A stretch of DNA of 64,000 nt, taken from the NCBI GenBank assembly GCA_018606645.1, contig JAGVRI010000008.1, positions 68,036-132,035 on the forward strand, read 5' to 3'. The translations under genes were made by a program, and so were the position numbers. Each line of letters begins with the position of its first letter. Position 1 is the first letter of the stretch. Below, piece by piece: positions 19,556 through 28,088 of the stretch. Source of the stretch: Chloroflexota bacterium (GTDB lineage Bacteria; Chloroflexota; Anaerolineae; JAAYZQ01). The notes beneath the pieces are model-generated. The model did not search any database. It was not told the DNA's origin and saw only the letters and a program-made list of their open reading frames with translations.

Positions 19556-20848
19556 ATGAACGTGCTGGTTACTGGATCGAGAGGCTTTATCGGGAAGAAC
19601 CTGATCGCGTGGCTGGCCCAGGAGACAGATGTACAGGTCCTGGAGTTTGATCTAGAGCACACCCAGTCGGAATTGGCGGAGCGACTGGCGGTGGCGGATC
19701 TGGTTTACCATCTGGCTGGCGTGAATCGGCCCCAGTCGGTGGAGGAATTCCATACCGGTAATGTGGAGCTGACGGCTCAGATCTGCGAACTGTTGCTGCG
19801 CAACGGCCGGGTCACGCCCATTGTGTTCTCCTCCTCGATCCAGGCGGAATTAGACAACCCGTATGGTGTCAGCAAACGTTGGGCTGAGGCGGTGCTGGCC
19901 GACTATGCCCAGCGCAGTAGCGCAGCCGTGGCCATCTTCCGCCTGTCCAACGTCTTTGGCAAGTGGTGTCGGCCTCACTACAACTCGGTGGTCGCTACCT
20001 TTTGCTACCAGATAGCTCACGACCTGCCGATCACGATCTCTGACCCCAGCCGGGAGGTGCCGCTGGTGCATGTGGACGACGTGGTCCAGGCGTTCTTGGA
20101 GGCAGGTGAAGAGATCACAAGGCAGAAGTCAGAGGTCAAAGGTCAGAGGTCAGAGGTCAGAAAGCGTCGAGACACCTTGCATTTCTCGCCGTTGGCCATC
20201 AAGGATCTACCCCTGACGGCTGGCAATCCCTCGCGAGCAACCCTTGTCTACTGCGAAGCACGGCCGATCTACACCGTCACGCTTGGCCGGCTGGCAGATC
20301 TGATCCGCTCCTTCCGTGCGAGTCGTCAGACGTTGGTGGCTCCGGATTTGAGCGATCCGTTCGTTTATAAGCTGTATGGCACCTATCTCTCCTATCTGGA
20401 GCCGAGTGACTTTGCCTATGACCTAACGCAGCGCACCGATGCCCGAGGCGCGCTCGCCGAGTTCATCAAATCGCCTGCTTTCGGTCAGATTTTTGTCTCG
20501 CGCACAAGACCGGGCGTCACCCGCGGCAACCATTTCCACCACACCAAGGCCGAGAAGTTCCTGGTACTGGAGGGGGAGGCCGTTATCCGGTTGCGAGCGA
20601 TCAGGAACCAGAGGACAGGGGTCGGAGGACAGAGGTCAGAGGTCGGGGATCAGGGGGCAGAGGGTGGTGGGCAGGGAGTAGAGGTGGTCGAGTATCGGGT
20701 GTCGGGGCGGGATTTTCGGGTGGTGGACATCCCGCCCGGTTACACCCACTCTATCGAGAACGTGGGGGACGGGGAGCTGGTGACTTTATTTTGGGCCAGT
20801 GAGGTCTTTGATTCGGACAAATCGGATACATATTACGAGCAAGTATGA
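19556..20848 (+). CDS. fnlB: SDR-cupin bifunctional reductase/epimerase (FnlB/WbjC/CapF) with two repeat-derived in-frame insertions
   Basis: [31 protein letters not shown], cupin [18 protein letters not shown]; between fnlA and fnlC. Confidence 0.9.
   Translation: MNVLVTGSRGFIGKNLIAWLAQETDVQVLEFDLEHTQSELAERLAVADLVYHLAGVNRPQSVEEFHTGNVELTAQICELLLRNGRVTPIVFSSSIQAELDNPYGVSKRWAEAVLADYAQRSSAAVAIFRLSNVFGKWCRPHYNSVVATFCYQIAHDLPITISDPSREVPLVHVDDVVQAFLEAGEEITRQKSEVKGQRSEVRKRRDTLHFSPLAIKDLPLTAGNPSRATLVYCEARPIYTVTLGRLADLIRSFRASRQTLVAPDLSDPFVYKLYGTYLSYLEPSDFAYDLTQRTDARGALAEFIKSPAFGQIFVSRTRPGVTRGNHFHHTKAEKFLVLEGEAVIRLRAIRNQRTGVGGQRSEVGDQGAEGGGQGVEVVEYRVSGRDFRVVDIPPGYTHSIENVGDGELVTLFWASEVFDSDKSDTYYEQV
20123..20222 (+). 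repeat. In-frame CAGAGGT heptamer array with a short inverted arm
   Basis: CAGAAGT CAGAGGT CAAAGGT CAGAGGT CAGAGGT CAGAAAG at 20123-20164; inverted units ACCCCTG ACGGCTG at 20209-20222. Confidence 0.8.
20602..20678 (+). repeat. In-frame degenerate CAGAGGT heptamer array (about 11 units)
   Basis: CAGGAAC CAGAGGA CAGGGGT CGGAGGA CAGAGGT CAGAGGT CGGGGAT CAGGGGG CAGAGGG TGGTGGG CAGGGAG. Confidence 0.85.
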
Positions 20849-21978
20849 AAGTTGCTACGATTCTGGGTACGCGGCCTGAAATTATCCGCCTATCGCGGGT
20901 CATGGCTGCGCTGGACCGCTATACCGATCACGTCATCATCCATACTGGTCAGAACTATGACTATGAACTGAACCAGATCTTCTTTGAGGATCTGGAGATC
21001 CGCAGGCCAGACCTTTTTCTGGATGCTGCCGGCCAGACGGCGGCGGAGACCATCGGCTTGGTCATTGCACGGTCCGATGCGGTATTGCGCCAAATTCAAC
21101 CCGATGCGGTCCTGATTTTGGGCGACACCAACAGTTGTCTGGCGGCGATCGCCGCCAAGCGGTTAAAAATCCCTGTCTTTCATATGGAGGCCGGCAATCG
21201 TTGCTTCGACGAGCGAGTGCCGGAGGAGATCAATCGGCGCATTGTGGATCACATCAGCGATGTCAACCTGCCCTATTCGCAGATCTCGCGCGAATATCTG
21301 TTGCGTGAAGGGCTGCCGCCTGACCGGATCATTGTCACCGGCAGTCCGATGTACGAGGTCCTGCATTACTATATGCCAAAGATCAAGGCATCCGATGTCC
21401 TGAAGCGGCTGAACTTGCAGGCTCAGGAGTATTATTTGGTCAGCGCCCACCGTGAGGAGAACGTGGATGATCCGCAGCAGTTCGCTGCGTTGTTGGAGGT
21501 GCTGACGAACCTGGCAGAGATGGGGCATCGCGTGGTCGTATCTACGCATCCCCGTACGCGCAAGCGCATTGAAGCGACCGGTGTGGTGTTGCCGACCCGA
21601 GTAGAGCTGATGAAGCCCTTTGCCTTCTCCGACTATGTCCATCTGCAAATGCATGCTTGTGCCGTACTCTCTGATAGCGGTACCATCACGGAGGAGTCGT
21701 CCATCCTCAACTTCCCCGCGCTGAACATCCGTCAGGCGCACGAGCGGCCGGAGGGGATGGAAGAAGGGGCGGTGATGATGGTGGGGCTGGAGTGGAAACG
21801 CGTCCGGGAGGGGTTGGCGATTCTCGAAGGCCAGTCGCGCGGTGAGCGACGTACTCTGCGTATCGTGGCCGATTATGCCGTTCCCAACGTATCGGAGAAA
21901 GTGGTTCGTATCATCCTGAGCTACACAGACTATGTCAACCGGGTAGTGTGGCAAAGAACGATTGGAACGGGGTGCTGA
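20845..21978 (+). CDS. fnlC: Non-hydrolysing UDP-sugar 2-epimerase (FnlC/WbjD/CapG)
   Basis: [47 protein letters not shown]. Confidence 0.92.
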   Translation: MKVATILGTRPEIIRLSRVMAALDRYTDHVIIHTGQNYDYELNQIFFEDLEIRRPDLFLDAAGQTAAETIGLVIARSDAVLRQIQPDAVLILGDTNSCLAAIAAKRLKIPVFHMEAGNRCFDERVPEEINRRIVDHISDVNLPYSQISREYLLREGLPPDRIIVTGSPMYEVLHYYMPKIKASDVLKRLNLQAQEYYLVSAHREENVDDPQQFAALLEVLTNLAEMGHRVVVSTHPRTRKRIEATGVVLPTRVELMKPFAFSDYVHLQMHACAVLSDSGTITEESSILNFPALNIRQAHERPEGMEEGAVMMVGLEWKRVREGLAILEGQSRGERRTLRIVADYAVPNVSEKVVRIILSYTDYVNRVVWQRTIGTGC

Positions 21979-23213
21979 TGCGTATCTTGCTTCTGACTCA
22001 GTGGTTTCAACCTGAGCCTACGAGCAAAGGGTTGCCTTTTGCCAAGGCGCTGGCAGGGCGTGGACATTACGTGGAAGTGCTCACCGGCTTTCCGAACTAT
22101 CCGGGGGGCAAGTTGTATCCTGGCTATCGAGTCCGTCCTTGGCAGCAGGAAATCATGGAGGGCATTCCCGTGAATCGGGTGGCGCTGTATCCTAGCCATG
22201 ACCGGTCTGGACTGCGCCGCATGGCCAATTACTTGAGTTTCGCGTTGGCCGCCCTGACCCTGGGGCCCTGGCTGGTATCAAGGCCTGAGATCATCCATGT
22301 GTACAACCTGGTTACGTTGATCCCCGCAGCTCTTCTGCTGCGATGGATATTCAGGGCCAAAGTGCTGTTGGACGTGCAGGACCTGTGGCCCGAGTCTGTG
22401 ATCAACTCCGGTATGTTGAACAATCGGCTACTTCATCGGATTCTGACGGCAGGCTCCATCTGGGCGTATCGGCAGGCTGACTGGATTACCGTTCAGTCGC
22501 CCGGCTTTCAACGGGCGTTAATACAACGCGGCGTGTCATCGGACCGGATCGAAGTGATCTATAACTGGTGCAATGAGGCTGAACAACGCCGTGCTCCGCG
22601 TGACGGGGCACTGGCCCAGCAACTGGGCCTGGACGGTCGTTTCAATGTGCTCTTTGCCGGCACGATGGGGGTCATGCAAGGTCTGGATACTGTCCTGGAG
22701 GCAGCGCGACTTTGCCATGGGCGTGTGCCGCAAGCTCAATTTGTACTGATCGGAGGTGGGGTGGAGCGAGATCGCCTAGAAGCCAAGGCGACTGCCATGG
22801 GCTTGACCAATGTGCGGTTCTTGCCCCGCCAGCCTCCTGACGGTATCGGACGTTTCTATGCACTGGCGGACGCGCTGCTCGTACATCTTAAGGATGACCC
22901 CTTGTTCCAGATCACCATTCCGTCCAAGACTCAAGCGTACCTGTATATGGGCAAACCGATCATCATGGCGGTTCGGGGTGATGCTGCAGAACTGGTTCAG
23001 CAGGCTGGGGCAGGATTGATGTGCGCGCCTGAAGATCCTGTCGCGCTGACCGACGCGGTAGCCTGCCTGGCAGCAATGGCTCCCGAGGAACGGGAACGGC
23101 TTGGGCGCTCTGGAGCCGAGTTTTATGCCCGGAATCTGTCCATGGAGGCCGGGGTCGATCGGTTTGAGCGACGGATGCAGCAGATCGTCCATTGCCCGGG
23201 CCCGAGACGGTGA
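21978..23213 (+). CDS. GT4 glycosyltransferase (WbuB/WbjE-like L-FucNAc transferase)
   Basis: GFPNYPGG, QDLWPES, FAGTMG..QGL, TIPSKTQAY; directly follows fnlABC. Confidence 0.85.
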   Translation: MRILLLTQWFQPEPTSKGLPFAKALAGRGHYVEVLTGFPNYPGGKLYPGYRVRPWQQEIMEGIPVNRVALYPSHDRSGLRRMANYLSFALAALTLGPWLVSRPEIIHVYNLVTLIPAALLLRWIFRAKVLLDVQDLWPESVINSGMLNNRLLHRILTAGSIWAYRQADWITVQSPGFQRALIQRGVSSDRIEVIYNWCNEAEQRRAPRDGALAQQLGLDGRFNVLFAGTMGVMQGLDTVLEAARLCHGRVPQAQFVLIGGGVERDRLEAKATAMGLTNVRFLPRQPPDGIGRFYALADALLVHLKDDPLFQITIPSKTQAYLYMGKPIIMAVRGDAAELVQQAGAGLMCAPEDPVALTDAVACLAAMAPEERERLGRSGAEFYARNLSMEAGVDRFERRMQQIVHCPGPRR

Positions 23214-23249
23214 TTCGAGATTTGAACGCACAAGTGGTGGTGCCAGGTC

Positions 23250-23468
23250 TTGGAACACAGCGATCAATTGAACATGCGGCAAGTGCTGCAACGCCGACGC
23301 GAGACCCATCGGAAAACGCTCCAACAGGACGTGGAACGTCTGACGACGGCCGCCGCAGCGCTGGGTGTCCAGCGGGTGGTCTTGTTTGGTTCTCTGGCAC
23401 GACAGGAGGCGCGTTTGACGAGCGACCTGGACTTTATGAAGCGTGAGCCACGCCGAGGTGTGCGGTGA
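23250..23468 (+). pseudogene. Truncated minimal nucleotidyltransferase (MNT)
   Basis: VVLFGSLAR...SDLD, then the reading frame ends 11 codons later; C-terminal half missing. Confidence 0.7.
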
Positions 23469-23869
23469 CTGATCGGCCCACGTTCGATCTGGCTGCCAGC
23501 CGGTCCTATCTCAGGTCCCGTCAGGAGCGGGAGTTTCGCGTCAGAGAGCAACGACGGCAGGAGGCGTTGCAGGCTGTGCGCGCGGCGGCTCAGTCTGTCC
23601 TGCCCCGCTTTCCTGGGGTGCGCCGGGCCTATCTGTTTGGTTCAGTGCTGCGCCCCGGCGCAATGCATGCTATGTCGGATGTCGACGTTGCCCTCGAAGG
23701 CGACCTCGATGCGGAAGCCTACTTTGCTGTCTGGCGCGAGCTGGAAAGGGCGGCTCCAGGTTGGCAGATCGAGCTGATCGAACTGGGCGTTGATGTATAC
23801 GTTTCCGCTCGCGTGCGTGAACAAGGGGAGCTGATCTATGAACGTGCAGATTCGGACGCTGAAAGCTGA
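23465..23869 (+). CDS. Minimal nucleotidyltransferase antitoxin (MNT)
   Basis: AYLFGSV...SDVDVA; overlaps the downstream HEPN gene. Confidence 0.85.
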   Translation: MTDRPTFDLAASRSYLRSRQEREFRVREQRRQEALQAVRAAAQSVLPRFPGVRRAYLFGSVLRPGAMHAMSDVDVALEGDLDAEAYFAVWRELERAAPGWQIELIELGVDVYVSARVREQGELIYERADSDAES

Positions 23870-24317
23870 TATTTCGGCCGATCTCGAGGCAATCTCCGAG
23901 ATCTATCAGGCAATCCATCAGTTTGGAGCAGACCTGCGTGATGAGCGCGAACGCATTGTTGTTGCCTACTATCTGCACAATCTCTACTGCGCTTTCGAGA
24001 GCATTTTTGAGCGCATTGCGCAGACCTTTGGCAATCAGATTGCTGACCGTGCTGGTTGGCACGCCGATCTGTTGCGTCGGATGACGTTGGACATCGAGGG
24101 GGTGCGTCCACGCGTGCTGAGCGCGCCAGCCTATGACAGCCTGGACGAACTGCGTCGTTTCCGCCACGTGTTCCGCAGCGCGTATCGCCTGCGACTGGAT
24201 GCTGACCGACTGGCTTTGGTATATCGAAAGGCCCAGGCCTTGGAGCATGTCTATCGCGCTGACATTGAGCGATTTCTGGCCTTCCTGGATGACCTGCTGC
24301 AGGTCGAGGATGAGTGA
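23838..24317 (+). CDS. HEPN/HepT-like ribonuclease toxin
   Basis: LHNLYCAFE.IFERIA, WHADLL, LDELRRFRHVFRSAY; paired with MNT. The usual R-x4-H histidine appears to be Ser (RHVFRS). Confidence 0.8.
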   Translation: MNVQIRTLKADISADLEAISEIYQAIHQFGADLRDERERIVVAYYLHNLYCAFESIFERIAQTFGNQIADRAGWHADLLRRMTLDIEGVRPRVLSAPAYDSLDELRRFRHVFRSAYRLRLDADRLALVYRKAQALEHVYRADIERFLAFLDDLLQVEDE

Positions 24318-24951
24318 GCACAGAAGTATCCCGGTGTCCGATGGCGTCTACCGCCGCTACGGCAAACGCTTGTTGGACCTGGCGCTGACGGTTCCCGCGC
24401 TCGTTCTGCTCTCGCCGCTGCTGGCGCTCATCGCCGTCCTAGTGCGGGTGACGATGGGCGAGCCGGTGCTCTTCCGCCAGCAGCGTCCCGGGTTGCACGG
24501 CCAGCCGTTTATTCTGTACAAGTTCCGCACCATGACCGACGCCTATGACGCTGAAGGTCGAGTCCGTTCAGAGGCCGATCGTCTTACCCCGTTGGGCCGC
24601 TTGTTGCGGAGCGCCAGCCTGGATGAACTGCCCGAGCTGTGGAACGTGCTCAAGGGGGAAATGAGCCTGGTCGGCCCGCGGCCGCTGCTGATGAAATACC
24701 TGGAGCGCTACACGCCAGAGCAGGCCCGCCGCCATGAAGTGAGACCGGGCCTCACCGGTTGGGCGCAGGTCAACGGCCGGAATGCCATCTCCTGGGAGCA
24801 AAAGTTTGCCCTGGACGTGTGGTATGTGGACCATTTCTCGTTCTGGCTGGATCTGAAGATCATGGCGCTGACCGCCTGGAAAATCCTGAAGCGTGAGGGG
24901 ATCAGCCAGCCGGGCCATGTGACGATGGAAGAGTTCAGAGGTTCCTTGTAA
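24310..24951 (+). CDS. Phosphoglycosyl (initiating sugar) transferase, PglC-like
   Basis: [51 protein letters not shown]. Confidence 0.92.
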   Translation: MSEHRSIPVSDGVYRRYGKRLLDLALTVPALVLLSPLLALIAVLVRVTMGEPVLFRQQRPGLHGQPFILYKFRTMTDAYDAEGRVRSEADRLTPLGRLLRSASLDELPELWNVLKGEMSLVGPRPLLMKYLERYTPEQARRHEVRPGLTGWAQVNGRNAISWEQKFALDVWYVDHFSFWLDLKIMALTAWKILKREGISQPGHVTMEEFRGSL

Positions 24952-25217
24952 TGTCTAAACCGACGACGATAGTCTACACAAGTCATGCTCGGGAAAAGTT
25001 CGAGCTTCTGGCTCGCTATGGCTTCCCAATCACCCAGCAGCAAGTAGAAGATACAATCCGCGAGCCCACTTTGGTAATCAAGCAAACCGGTGGTAGACTG
25101 ATCGCGCAGAAGGAGATCGGCCAACACCATCTGTTGCGTGTGATTTACCGGATAGAAGGACAATTCGCCATTGTGATCACCTTCTATCCGGCGCGGAGGA
25201 GGCGTTATGAAACTTAG
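24951..25217 (+). CDS. DUF4258-like (BrnT/RelE-fold) toxin
   Basis: IVYTSHAREK...LLRVIY...IVITFYP; 88 aa, basic; overlaps a DUF2283-like partner. Confidence 0.7.
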   Translation: MSKPTTIVYTSHAREKFELLARYGFPITQQQVEDTIREPTLVIKQTGGRLIAQKEIGQHHLLRVIYRIEGQFAIVITFYPARRRRYET

Positions 25218-25425
25218 CTATGACCGCTCTGAGGATATTCTAACCATCGAGACCACAGAAGAAGGCGTCATTGAATATGCCGAACAAGTAGAGAGCTTTA
25301 TCGCGCACTTTAGTCACGATGGTAGACTGCTCGTACTTGAGATTCTAGATGCCAGCGAATTCCTGACCAATGTCTTCAAGAGTACGGTCCGTGATCCGGG
25401 AGAAAAGTTGCTGGTGACCGCCTAA
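25207..25425 (+). CDS. DUF2283 family antitoxin-like protein
   Basis: [14 protein letters not shown]...[12 protein letters not shown]. Confidence 0.8.
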   Translation: MKLSYDRSEDILTIETTEEGVIEYAEQVESFIAHFSHDGRLLVLEILDASEFLTNVFKSTVRDPGEKLLVTA

Positions 25426-25433
25426 CGGATTCG

Positions 25434-25955
25434 ATGATGGCAAACCGGGAGATTATCACACCGCAAGCGATGGCGAGCAGGCCATCGGCTGTGCAAAGGC
25501 CATCCTGCGCTTCTGTGCAGATTGCCTTTCTCGATAGGAACCAGGCCATCGCGGAGCTGGTCGAATGCGCCGGACGGCTGCTAGCGTGTGATGATCGGGT
25601 ACTTGCGGTCGGGTTGTTCGGTTCGCTGGCCCGGAGCCAAGCCCTGCCCAGGAGCGACGCTGACCTGCTCATTGTGAGAGAGCATCCCCAGCAACGCTGG
25701 TTCGACCGCATCCCGAGTTATGCCGACGCCTTTGCAGGCGTTTCGTTGCCGGTGGATGTCTTTCCCTACACGGTGGAGGAACTCAGGCGGATGATCGCGG
25801 GTCGTTCCGGCTTTCTGCGCACTATCCTGAGAGAAGTGATTCCCCTCGGCGGGGATGCTGAGATTTGGAGCGACTTATCAGGGGTCAGAGCTCGGCGGTC
25901 AGAGGTCAGGGATCAGGGGGATGACGGATGCCGATCAGGTCGGCGAAGGACTTGA
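25434..25955 (+). CDS. Minimal nucleotidyltransferase; C-terminus extended through the heptamer array
   Basis: VGLFGSLAR...SDADLLIV...[10 protein letters not shown]; tail [14 protein letters not shown] is repeat-encoded; start uncertain. Confidence 0.8.
   Translation: MMANREIITPQAMASRPSAVQRPSCASVQIAFLDRNQAIAELVECAGRLLACDDRVLAVGLFGSLARSQALPRSDADLLIVREHPQQRWFDRIPSYADAFAGVSLPVDVFPYTVEELRRMIAGRSGFLRTILREVIPLGGDAEIWSDLSGVRARRSEVRDQGDDGCRSGRRRT
25879..25920 (+). repeat. Left heptamer array (6 units) of the four-helix-bundle element
   Basis: CAGGGGT CAGAGCT CGGCGGT CAGAGGT CAGGGAT CAGGGGG. Confidence 0.9.
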
Positions 25956-26308
25956 TGGTATATCAGAAAGCCTATCAACTGGCAATGGCGGTGTTCGAGG
26001 CAAGCAAGGAGTTCCCACCGGAAGAACGGTTTGCCTTGACCAGCCAGATTCGCCGCTCGTCACGTTCGGTGTGCCTGAATCTGCGCGAGGCGTGGGCCAA
26101 GCGTCGCTATGAAGCACATTTCGTGAGCAAACTCACCGATTGTGACGGCGAAAACGGTGAAACTGACTCGTCGCTCGATTTTGCCCGGGATTGCGGCTAC
26201 ATCAATTCCGATGAGCACGCTCAGCTCACTGCCCTCTGCGCGGAAATCGGCAAAATGCTCGGTAGCATGCTCAACAACCCCACCCCATTTCTGATCTGTG
26301 ACCGCTGA
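25928..26308 (+). CDS. Four-helix-bundle protein (23S rRNA IVS-protein family; fold shared with DGR Avd)
   Basis: [46 protein letters not shown]...LDFA.DCGY, EIGKML. Confidence 0.92.
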   Translation: MPIRSAKDLMVYQKAYQLAMAVFEASKEFPPEERFALTSQIRRSSRSVCLNLREAWAKRRYEAHFVSKLTDCDGENGETDSSLDFARDCGYINSDEHAQLTALCAEIGKMLGSMLNNPTPFLICDR

Positions 26309-26321
26309 TCTCTGACTTCTG
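26287..26321 (-). repeat. Right, inverted heptamer array (5 units) of the four-helix-bundle element
   Basis: Reverse complement reads CAGAAGT CAGAGAT CAGCGGT CACAGAT CAGAAAT. Confidence 0.9.
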
Positions 26322-26322
26322 T

Positions 26323-26367
26323 GGCATCAGCCAGCCGGGGCATGTGACGGTAGAAGAGTTCAGATGT
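26323..26367 (+). repeat. Diverged direct copy of the pglC-like gene 3' end (24898-24942)
   Basis: 40/45 identical by hand alignment; encodes [14 protein letters not shown] vs [14 protein letters not shown]; runs on into CAGATGT CAGAGAT CAGCGTC. Confidence 0.92.
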
Positions 26368-26388
26368 CAGAGATCAGCGTCAAGGGGG

Positions 26389-26739
26389 ATGGATGTGAGC
26401 ATCTATTGGCTTGACATCAGGGAGGCGCAGGCGCGAATTCACTAGGCAGCGCAACGTTTGGCGGAGAAGTACCCGGAGATCGAGGAGATCTGGCTCTTTG
26501 GATCACTGGCGTGCGGCGACGCGGTGCCGAGGAGTGACGCGGATTTGCTGATCGTCTTAAGCGATAGCGACCTGGCGTTTTGGGCTCGCTCCGTACGGTA
26601 TCAGCCCGAGTTTTGCGGGATCGGCGTGGATGTACTGGCGTACACTTGCGCTGAACTCTTGCATTTGCGAGACGAGTGCGGAGGACTGTGGCACGAGGTA
26701 GAACGTGAGGGCATCTGTTTGTTTTGGCGAGTGCCCTGA
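26389..26739 (+). pseudogene. Minimal nucleotidyltransferase with in-frame premature TAG
   Basis: MDVSIYWLDIREAQARIH*AAQRLAEKYPEIEEIWLFGSLA...[11 protein letters not shown] at 26443-26445; AAGGGG RBS before the ATG. Confidence 0.75.
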
Positions 26740-26748
26740 GGAGGGCGG

Positions 26749-27414
26749 GTGAGCATCCGGCAAATCGCCATTTATGGAGCTGGAGGATTCGCGCGGGAGG
26801 TGGCCTGGCTGGTTCAGGCCTGCAACGAGGGAGTTGAGAGATACCAGGTCGTTTGTTTCATTGATGATGACGTCGGAAAACATGGCACAATCCTCAACGG
26901 CATCCCCATTATGGGCCTGGAGCGCGCCCGCCAGCGATTCCCCGAAGCGCGGGTGGTCGGCGGTGTGGGCAGTCCCCAAACCCGCCAACTCCTCATGGAG
27001 AAGGCAGCCCGGGTTGGATTCGAGTTCGATACAATCATCCATCCCAGGGTGGAGCGGTCCGCCTGGATCGAAATCGGCGCGGGCACGGTGATCTGCGCCG
27101 GGAATATCTTGACCACCAACATTGTCCTGGGGCGACACGTACAGATCAATCTAGATTGCACCGTCGGCCATGATGTGATCATGGGGGATTATACCACGTT
27201 GGCTCCGGGAGTCCACGTGTCGGGATGCGTGCACCTGGGTCGGCGGGTTTATGTCGGCACTGGCGCGGTGATTATCAACGGCACGCTCGAGGAGCCGATC
27301 CGGATTGGCGATGATGCAGTGATCGGTGCTGGCGCGTGCGTGATCGGATCGGTACCGGCTGGCGTGACGGTGGTCGGGGTACCGGCGCGCCCGTTGCCGC
27401 GCTCCCAATCATGA
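26749..27414 (+). CDS. PglD/NeuD family sugar acetyltransferase
   Basis: IYGAGGFARE, IIHP, hexapeptide repeats, TVGHD, VVGVPARP. Confidence 0.9.
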   Translation: MSIRQIAIYGAGGFAREVAWLVQACNEGVERYQVVCFIDDDVGKHGTILNGIPIMGLERARQRFPEARVVGGVGSPQTRQLLMEKAARVGFEFDTIIHPRVERSAWIEIGAGTVICAGNILTTNIVLGRHVQINLDCTVGHDVIMGDYTTLAPGVHVSGCVHLGRRVYVGTGAVIINGTLEEPIRIGDDAVIGAGACVIGSVPAGVTVVGVPARPLPRSQS

Positions 27415-28088
27415 GGGACGAGACGAAAGCGTTGATGAGTGAAGAACACAGACGTCTGGTGGTCTATGGCGCCGGCGGCCATGCCAAAGTGGTGCTGGCG
27501 ACGATCGAGGCCGAGGGAAAGTACCAGGTGGTCGGTGTGCTCGATTACAATCCGGCCAGGCATGGTCAACAGGTCTATGGCTATCCGGTGCTGGGGGGCT
27601 GGGAACAGCTCGAAACGCTGCAAAGTCAGAACGTCTATGCGGCGTTTGTGGCGATTGGCGATAACGAGCATCGGGCCCAAGTGGCTCGGCGATTGATTGA
27701 GCATGGATTCGAGTTGGTCACGGCGATCCACCCATCAGTTGTCCGCCTGCGGGGTTCGTGCATCGGTCCGGGGACGCTGGTCGCACCGTATGCATTCGTC
27801 GGGGGCGATTGCACCATCGGCGATGGGGTTATCATCAACACGGGCGCGGTGGTGGGGCACGATAGCAGGGTCGGTTCCTGGGTACACATCGGCGCGGGTG
27901 TGATTTTGGCCGGACAAGCCCGGGTCGGGGACTATTCGTTCCTGGGCATCAGCGCGTCTGTGTTGCCCGGAGTGACGGTGGGTCGGCGGGTCATAGTCGG
28001 GGCCCATGCCGTGGTCACCGAAGACCTTCCGGACGATGTCACCGCGGTCGGGGTGCGGGCGCGGATCATCAAACAGAGGTCGCCTTGA
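27411..28088 (+). CDS. Second PglD/NeuD family acetyltransferase
   Basis: VYGAGGHAKV, VAIGDN..R, AIHP, INTGAVVGHD, hexapeptide repeats; start at 27411 or 27435. Confidence 0.9.
   Translation: MRDETKALMSEEHRRLVVYGAGGHAKVVLATIEAEGKYQVVGVLDYNPARHGQQVYGYPVLGGWEQLETLQSQNVYAAFVAIGDNEHRAQVARRLIEHGFELVTAIHPSVVRLRGSCIGPGTLVAPYAFVGGDCTIGDGVIINTGAVVGHDSRVGSWVHIGAGVILAGQARVGDYSFLGISASVLPGVTVGRRVIVGAHAVVTEDLPDDVTAVGVRARIIKQRSP

Noticed and set aside
6491..26367. Diversity-generating retroelement (Avd-like protein plus two near-identical repeat pairs resembling TR/VR)
   Set aside because: No reverse transcriptase in the window. Mismatches in both repeat pairs are not confined to adenines (for example G/C, C/G, G/T), and one pair includes indels.
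26443..26445. In-frame TAG in the MNT (and TAA at 7203-7205) as possible stop-codon recoding
   Set aside because: TAG and TAA terminate many normal genes here, and the neighbouring TA genes are visibly decayed; pseudogenisation is the simpler explanation.
23214..26748. Classical integron cassette array
   Set aside because: No integron integrase, and no attC-like sites with RYYYAAC/GTTRRRY ends could be identified between the small genes.
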